A stretch of 64,000 nucleotides of DNA from Eledone cirrhosa (taxonomy: Eukaryota): assembly GCA_964016885.1 (NCBI GenBank), contig OZ024741.1, positions 358,608,001 through 358,672,000 on the forward strand, read 5' to 3'. The translations under genes were made by a program, and so were the position numbers. The notes beneath the pieces are model-generated. The model had not been told where the DNA came from. It was given only the letters and a program-made list of their open reading frames with translations, and ran no database searches. The first letter of the stretch is position 1, and every line of letters starts with the position of its first letter. This document shows, piece after piece, positions 62,460 through 64,000 of this stretch.

Positions 62460-62660
62460 CCCTTTAGCATTTACATTACTCTATATATACTATTGTATTT
62501 TGTGGTAATCTCTCACATAATATTGAATCTATGAGATGTTGATATTATTTATTTTGAGAACAATACCTTAACATCAGTATGAGTAGCAAGTTACAGCCGG
62601 TTTGAACAGAAAGAGGTGAGAAAATTCTGGCTAGATATGGCTGGTTTAAATGCTTAAGGG
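62460..62660. mobile_element. piggyBac-like MITE, second family
   Basis: TTAA|CCCTTTAGCATTTA...TAAATGCTTAAGGG|TTAA (13/14 TIR match). Confidence 0.85.
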
Positions 62661-62753
62661 TTAAATCATTGTTCATACACATTTGGTCATTTTTGTTTAC
62701 TTTATTTTCTTCAGTAATTCACTATAGCTAAAACATACACGTAATTTCTTACA

Positions 62754-64000
62754 TCTCTCTCTTTATAAAATTCTTTGTCTCTCTGTCTGTCTATCTGTCT
62801 CTCTTTTCCTTATGCATTCTTAAACAGCTCGACCAAATCAAATCAAATTTTACAATGTAATAGTATTAGACTCCAGGATTAACAACATGCAATTTTTATT
62901 TTCATTTGGATTAAAACAATATAACATTTTATCTAAAATAATCTACTATGTTCGTTATGTATGTTAGGCTTCAATAATTTACATACACACACATTTGCAC
63001 GTAAATATTTAATCAGATACACAGAGAATTAAACACACGCACACATCTACACATAATATACATATGTGGTGACTGAAAAGTATGTGTGTGAGTGTATGTG
63101 TGTGTGAGTATACATACATTTCTGTGATGATTGACATAACGGATACATACACACAAACATACATCTAAAGAGAGAGAGACACAGAAGGAGAGGCAAAGAG
63201 ATTGATAGGCCGTTATACAGAGAGAGATACAATTAAAGTGTTAGATATTCAGAGAGAGAAGAAAAAAGAGAGAGAGAGGGAGAGAAAGAGAGTGACGTCC
63301 CACAAAAGTCTAGAATCGGCTTAAACTATAGATCAAAGTATCAGTTGAATGTTTAACAATATTGCGTTAGCTTTAATGAAGTAGTTTACCACCAGTCTTT
63401 GATTTTACAGAACACAGAAAAAATTGATACTATTTGAAATTAATCTATGGTGTATATTAATTTAGCTTTTTGAGGATAGTGTCATGTTATTATTGACCTA
63501 ATTCAGATGAGAAATACGATCGCAACTTTCTGAAAGTGAACAGAACCTGAGACAGGAAACAGAAAGATTAAGGCAAGAAGAAAGACTATCGCAATAAACA
63601 AAGGTTCAATATGAAAATCACCAAGAGGCAATGACAGTTGCAATGCAAACTTGACGAGCACAAACGACTCTTCAAGGCAGAATAAACTGGCTTAGAGCTG
63701 TGTTTTCATACGGTCCATCGAAGAATTATAGAAATGATCCTAAAGTCGCAATTGGTAGCATGGATATTACACTTGGCATGTGTTGCTTAGGAGGAAGTCA
63801 GACTTCCACTGATAGAGGACCTTCCAGCTTTTATCCATATACTGCTTACAGACCGCACTAACGAAGCTAAACACTTCAGAAGCAATGTTATGCGGAATAT
63901 TGTTGCATTTCAGATGACGTCCTTTGGAGCTAATAAAGGTCATACTGACTATGGTTATTTCACAACATTTAAAATCCAAGGCCAATGATCCCATTTAATC
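62754..64000 (+). mobile_element. 5' part of a degenerate Helitron (runs off the window)
   Basis: + strand relic RAVFSYGPSKNYRNDPKVAIGSMDI..GMCCLGG/VRLPLIEDLP..HFRSNVMRNIVAFQMTSFGA..TTFKIQGQ* matches the Rep-helicase N-terminal motif FQMTSFGA...FKIQGQ. A|TC start followed by TTTATAAAA and (TGTC)n resembles Helitron 5' ends; the 5' boundary is less certain than the coding relic. Confidence 0.8.

Noticed and set aside
63767-63994. Minus-strand 75-aa ORF as a gene
   Set aside because: It is antisense to the Helitron coding relic on the + strand.

Overview
Eukaryotic (animal) genomic DNA, probably an octopod or other coleoid cephalopod. That is inferred from the repeat repertoire (tRNA-SINEs with RTE tails, (TATG)n/(CAT)n microsatellites, TTAA-CCC MITEs) and a molluscan-type CAP gene; it was not verified by any search. 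Bases 1-~27,400 are a 29-bp tandem satellite with two monomer types, organised into macro-units delimited by eight copies of a 232-bp cassette. One 4,209-bp block is almost exactly duplicated, and an inverted, diverged copy of the cassette lies ~600 bp beyond the array end. Bases ~28,000-64,000 are TE-dense: RTE, CR1-group and R4/Dong-like LINE relics, SINEs, hAT and piggyBac-like MITEs, several long palindromes and a Helitron 5' part. Among them are six phase-compatible + strand exons (35,870-61,655) of a CAP/CRISP-family protein that the ORF track misses; the gene needs one GC-AG intron and continues past the window. Best leads: the satellite architecture and its possible foldback-TE origin, the CAP gene with an atypical hinge, a TSD-bounded twin-primed (5'-inverted) RTE insertion, and foldback elements with hammerhead-like cores. 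All alignments were done by eye, so TE boundaries are approximate unless a TSD is quoted.
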